Assembly (NCBI GenBank): GCA_963850305.1
Contig: CAWKKR010000004.1
Coordinates: 480,001 to 544,000, forward strand
DNA length: 64,000 bases
Source: an uncultured delta proteobacterium
GTDB lineage: Bacteria; Myxococcota_A; Polyangia; Polyangiales; Polyangiaceae
Direction of reading: 5' to 3'
A program made the translations under genes and the position numbers. Every line of letters starts with the position of its first letter. Within the stretch, counting starts at the first letter, position 1. The notes under the pieces are model-generated. The model did not search any database and was not told the origin of the DNA. It saw only the letters and a program-made list of their open reading frames with translations. This document shows positions 60,788 through 64,000 of this stretch, in pieces.

Positions 60788-61216
60788 TCACGCCGCGGGG
60801 GCGCTGGCATCCGCGCGCTGCTTCGAAAAGCTGAGCTCGACCTCGGGTGAGCGGAGCAACGTGCCGAAGGCTGGACAGGCCCGCACCGACCGCTCGATTG
60901 CCGGCAGATAGTCATCGGGCACTCCCGCAGGAAGGGCGACGTGCACGGTCACTTTGTCGAGACGCGGCGTCGGGTCGCGCGCCTTGCGAGCTTCGACCTC
61001 CACGCGGAGTCCCTCCGGCGAGAGCTTCCGTCCGAGCAAGAAGGCGGCGGCGAAGTAGTGCGCGCAAGCCCCGGCCGCCGCTACCATCACGTCGAGCGGG
61101 GACGGCCCACGATCCTCGCCGCCCGGGACGGCGCTCGGTTGGTCGAATAGCAGCTCATGGCTTCCGAGATGGACAGAGCTCGCGACCCCACCCGCTGATT
61201 CGATGATGGCTTTCAT
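60788..61216 (-). CDS. OsmC family protein
   Basis: DQPSAVPGGEDRGPSP, AGAC, ACPAFGTL. Confidence 0.88.
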   Translation of the reverse strand: MKAIIESAGGVASSVHLGSHELLFDQPSAVPGGEDRGPSPLDVMVAAAGACAHYFAAAFLLGRKLSPEGLRVEVEARKARDPTPRLDKVTVHVALPAGVPDDYLPAIERSVRACPAFGTLLRSPEVELSFSKQRADASAPAA

Positions 61217-61231
61217 TGGGTTCTCCTGTTG

Positions 61232-61945
61232 CTACGAGGGACCGTCGCCGAGGACGTACCCGTGACTGCGCGCTAGCCAGGCGAGGACGTCGATGGTCGA
61301 GACGATGCCGACGACGCGGCCAGCCGCGGAAACGACCGGCAGGCGGTGCACGTGTTCGCACGCCATCAGTGCCGCGGCTTTTGCGATCGTCTCGTTGACG
61401 GGAAGACAGAAGGCGATCGGCATCATGATGTCACCGACGGTTGGTGTCGAGGGAGCCGCGAGGTCGCCGTACGACAACCTAATCAGGTTCGTCTTGGAGA
61501 CGACACCGAGGGGACGCCCCTCGTCGTCGACGACCGGTGCGCCGCTGATCCCCCTTTCGAGAAACAGGGCCCCCAGAGCCTCAGCGCCGAGGTCCGCCGT
61601 GACGCAGATCACGTGCCTGGTCATGATCTCCGAAACGAGAGCAAAGTCAGCGCTCCCTGCTTTCGTGGGCGCACGGGAAACGTTGCCGGATCGACTGGAA
61701 ACGGCCTCTTCGTCGGAAAGGCGACACGAGATGAGCACCCCCCGTGCGTCGGGACTCGTGCGGAGCCCGCCATGACGGGAGCAGTCGAAGCAAGCATCCA
61801 GGGCGGTATGCGATCCGCTCAACGGGCATGGCGCGACGAACTCAATCCGTAGGCTGTCCTTTCCCAAGGTCTGCCGCGAATGAAGCGAGGAACTGACGAG
61901 CCTGTAGCCCGCATTTTCCAGTCTGTCCTGTCCATGATCGTTCAT
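61232..61945 (-). CDS. CBS-pair protein with N-terminal Cys-rich module
   Basis: VSEIMT, ISGAPVVD, VGDIM, VHRLPVV, VGIVSTIDV; AAGGAAG SD before ATG 61945. Confidence 0.85.
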   Translation of the reverse strand: MNDHGQDRLENAGYRLVSSSLHSRQTLGKDSLRIEFVAPCPLSGSHTALDACFDCSRHGGLRTSPDARGVLISCRLSDEEAVSSRSGNVSRAPTKAGSADFALVSEIMTRHVICVTADLGAEALGALFLERGISGAPVVDDEGRPLGVVSKTNLIRLSYGDLAAPSTPTVGDIMMPIAFCLPVNETIAKAAALMACEHVHRLPVVSAAGRVVGIVSTIDVLAWLARSHGYVLGDGPS

Positions 61946-61992
61946 CTCGACTTCCTTTCTTGGCCGCGCCTCATGCGCTCGGGGGCTTTCAT

Positions 61993-62008
61993 TGCAACGA
62001 ATCGGCCA
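61993..62008 (-). promoter_or_regulatory. Sigma-54 -24/-12 promoter of CBS-osmC (leadered)
   Basis: TGGCCGATTCGTTGCA on the minus strand; predicted leader ~37 nt containing an SD. Confidence 0.6.
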
Positions 62009-62158
62009 ACTTGGACCCACTGGAGAAAGCCTGGCGCCGCCTGGTGCCCGGACTGCACTTCGTGCACCGCTCCGCGGGTTCTGCGTGTGCCGATGCCTGG
62101 TTGGCTTCCCAAGGAGGGGCGAGTTGACCAGGCGCCCGCACGTACGCAGATTTGCGGC

Positions 62159-62593
62159 GTGCTGACATTCCGATGCGAGTCCTGCGGCGGGTTGAATCGT
62201 GTTCCCGCGGCCAAGCTGGCGCAAAAGCCCGTGTGCGGCCGCTGCAAGCAGCGACTGGACGTGTCGGGCGCTCCGCAAGCCGTGAACGAAGGAGAGCTCT
62301 CGGGCGCCATCGCGGGGTCGCCGATCCCGGTGCTCGTCGACTTCTGGGCGCCGTGGTGTGGCCCGTGTCGAATGGCCGCACCCATCCTCGAGCGGATTGC
62401 GCGCGCGCGTGCTGGTCGGTTGCTCGTGCTCAAAATCAACGGCGACGAAAATCCGTCCGTGTCTGCGCGGCACCGGGTCCAGGGGATCCCCGCGTTCATC
62501 GCGTTCCGGGACGGTGTCGAGGCCGCCAGGCAGGTTGGCCTCCTGCCGGAACCGGCGTTTGCCCGCTGGGTGGATGGTTTCGTAGCGGCGTGA
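62159..62593 (+). CDS. trxC: Thioredoxin 2 (zinc-finger thioredoxin)
   Basis: CESC...NRVP...CGRC zinc finger; VLVDFWAPWCGPCR. Confidence 0.92.
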   Translation: MLTFRCESCGGLNRVPAAKLAQKPVCGRCKQRLDVSGAPQAVNEGELSGAIAGSPIPVLVDFWAPWCGPCRMAAPILERIARARAGRLLVLKINGDENPSVSARHRVQGIPAFIAFRDGVEAARQVGLLPEPAFARWVDGFVAA

Positions 62594-62714
62594 CTGCCCC
62601 GCGATGAACCAGGGAATCGACGTTACCTGCGTCAGTTGCGGAGTCCCAGCCTTGGGTTCCAGGATGGGAGGAGCGTGGCACTGGAGGACGCCGTTCCCCC
62701 GCCGCAATCCGTAG

Positions 62715-63155
62715 CTACTTCGCCCCGCGGACCGTCAGGACCGGAACGGGCGACGTTCGTACGATCTTCTCTGCAACGCTTCCGAGAAGGGCGCGCTCGA
62801 AGCCTCGCCGCCCATGCGTCCCCATGACGATGAGGTCGGCACGCACCTCCCTCGCGCAGTCGAGCGTTTCGCTCCAGGGTACGCCGATGCGGAGAACGGC
62901 CTGTACCGAAGGCAACCGCTTCCGAAGGGCGGCCAGCGTCGCATCGAGCTGTCGTTGCGCGGCCTCTTGAACGGGCGTCAAGACGTCGATGGGGCCCACG
63001 GTCATGCCGGGGTATCCGTAAAGGGGCAGCTCGACGGCGTGAAACAACGTCAACGACGCTTGGTATCGCGTGGCAAGGTCGATGGCGACCTCGAGTGCTT
63101 GCTCGGACGAGTCGGAGAAATCCGTCGGAACCAGGATGCGCTTGATATCGACCAT
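62715..63155 (-). CDS. Universal stress protein (UspA family)
   Basis: IKRILVPTDFS, DLIVMGTHGRRG, LLGSVAEKIVR..PVPVLTV. Confidence 0.95.
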   Translation of the reverse strand: MVDIKRILVPTDFSDSSEQALEVAIDLATRYQASLTLFHAVELPLYGYPGMTVGPIDVLTPVQEAAQRQLDATLAALRKRLPSVQAVLRIGVPWSETLDCAREVRADLIVMGTHGRRGFERALLGSVAEKIVRTSPVPVLTVRGAK

Positions 63156-63186
63156 CAGGGTTGTCCTCGCTGTCGTCGTGGACAGT

Positions 63187-63672
63187 TCATTTGTGGACCG
63201 CGGACTGCGACTCGTGGTGGGTTCTCGGCAGTCGCGCCGTGATTGCGCCGAAGAGCGAGTCGATGAGTGATGCACGTTCGGACTCCGGCACGTGTTCGTC
63301 GGCCCACGCGTAAAGCATCTGGTCCTCGCGGTGCGCGTGCGCTCTGAGTTCGTCGATGAAGGCGCGCGCCGTCTCTGCTCTGACCGCGTGCAGATCCACG
63401 CACGTCCCGAGCTCGAGCAAGCGCTTGCGAATGAGCTCGTGCTCTTTGAGCATGGCGCGGGCCTCGACTTCGTTCGTTCGAAGGAGTGCGGGAATCAGGT
63501 ACCGCTCTTCGACGTCGATGTGGGCGAGCAACTCGGAGTCGAACTTGGTCCAGGTAGCACACACGCCTTCGCGGTCGTCCGCCTCGAACGCCGCGATCAG
63601 ACTGTCGAAAAGACGCTCCAACCGTTTGTGGTCGGAGAGCAGCTGTTCGCGAATCTTGGTCGAGTCGGACAT
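63187..63672 (-). CDS. Hemerythrin/HHE domain protein
   Basis: DHKRLE, HIDVEE, EHELI, HAHRED. Confidence 0.85.
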   Translation of the reverse strand: MSDSTKIREQLLSDHKRLERLFDSLIAAFEADDREGVCATWTKFDSELLAHIDVEERYLIPALLRTNEVEARAMLKEHELIRKRLLELGTCVDLHAVRAETARAFIDELRAHAHREDQMLYAWADEHVPESERASLIDSLFGAITARLPRTHHESQSAVHK

Positions 63673-63684
63673 GTCCCACGTCCG

Positions 63685-63700
63685 AGCAAGGCGCGTGCCG
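63685..63700 (-). promoter_or_regulatory. Sigma-54 -24/-12 promoter of hemerythrin-usp
   Basis: CGGCACGCGCCTTGCT on the minus strand; conserved C is 14 nt upstream of ATG 63672. Confidence 0.75.
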
Positions 63701-63947
63701 CGGCTACCGAGCGAATTCTCAGGGGACCAGCGTGACGACCGACCCGTGAGCGACGGGAGCTTCGATGAAGCGCCGAGGTCCGCTGGCAAACCCCCGGGGC
63801 TCGCGGTGAATCCGAATGCCCGTTCTGCGCCGGGGCGCAATCCGTGCGCCTCCGCGTTTGATCCCCGAGCGCTCTCGAGGCAGGTCGCAACGAAGCATGC
63901 CGACCGCATGGCCTGCGGACGCGCTCCGGCGGCGCTGCCCAGGCGCT

Positions 63948-63963
63948 TGGCCGTTAAATTGCT
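63948..63963 (+). promoter_or_regulatory. Sigma-54 -24/-12 promoter, divergent from hemerythrin
   Basis: TGGCCGTTAAATTGCT; conserved C is 14 nt upstream of ATG 63976. Confidence 0.65.
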
Positions 63964-63975
63964 TTTGCACCTTGC

Positions 63976-64000
63976 ATGTCCGCAGGTATCCATTCTCGGT
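63976..64000 (+). CDS. Probable 5' end of a gene running out of the window (MSAGIHSR...)
   Basis: Only support is the sigma-54 box at the same 14-nt spacing seen for other genes. Confidence 0.4.

Overview
High-GC bacterial DNA. The gene style points to a myxobacterium, most likely Polyangiaceae-like (inference): many Cys-rich and Gly/Ser/Thr-rich lipoproteins, CGDG-type cysteine repeats, a fibro-slime protein, and a TonB-C domain fused to a TonB-dependent receptor. About 55 CDSs are recognisable; I saw no rRNA, tRNA, CRISPR array or transposase. Main blocks: (i) mixed lipoprotein/envelope genes, 0-8.4 kb; (ii) a copper-monooxygenase-like lipoprotein, a degenerate cupredoxin and a TonB receptor, 8.6-13.1 kb; (iii) ppk2 plus a P3A-type H+-ATPase divergent from ppk1-sixA-ppx and msrPQ, 13.1-22.7 kb; (iv) an orphan carrier-protein pathway with no NRPS/PKS (tandem alpha/beta hydrolase <- -> acpS, ACP, acyl-CoA-dehydrogenase-like protein, seryl-tRNA-synthetase-like amino acid:carrier protein ligase, DUF1839-like Cys enzyme, GH2), 25.5-34 kb, the best candidate for an uncharacterised system; (v) mixed regulators, hydrolases and lipoproteins including a non-coding ~41-bp phased repeat array, 34-55 kb; (vi) a ppsA-Pat/OsmC/CBS/TrxC/Usp/hemerythrin stress block, 55.6-64 kb. 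Across the window, six sigma-54-type -24/-12 boxes sit 13-14 nt upstream of start codons, implying near-leaderless sigma-54 mRNAs. Two genes carry single-base frameshifts that may be sequencing errors. All family calls are from motif recognition by eye, not database searches.
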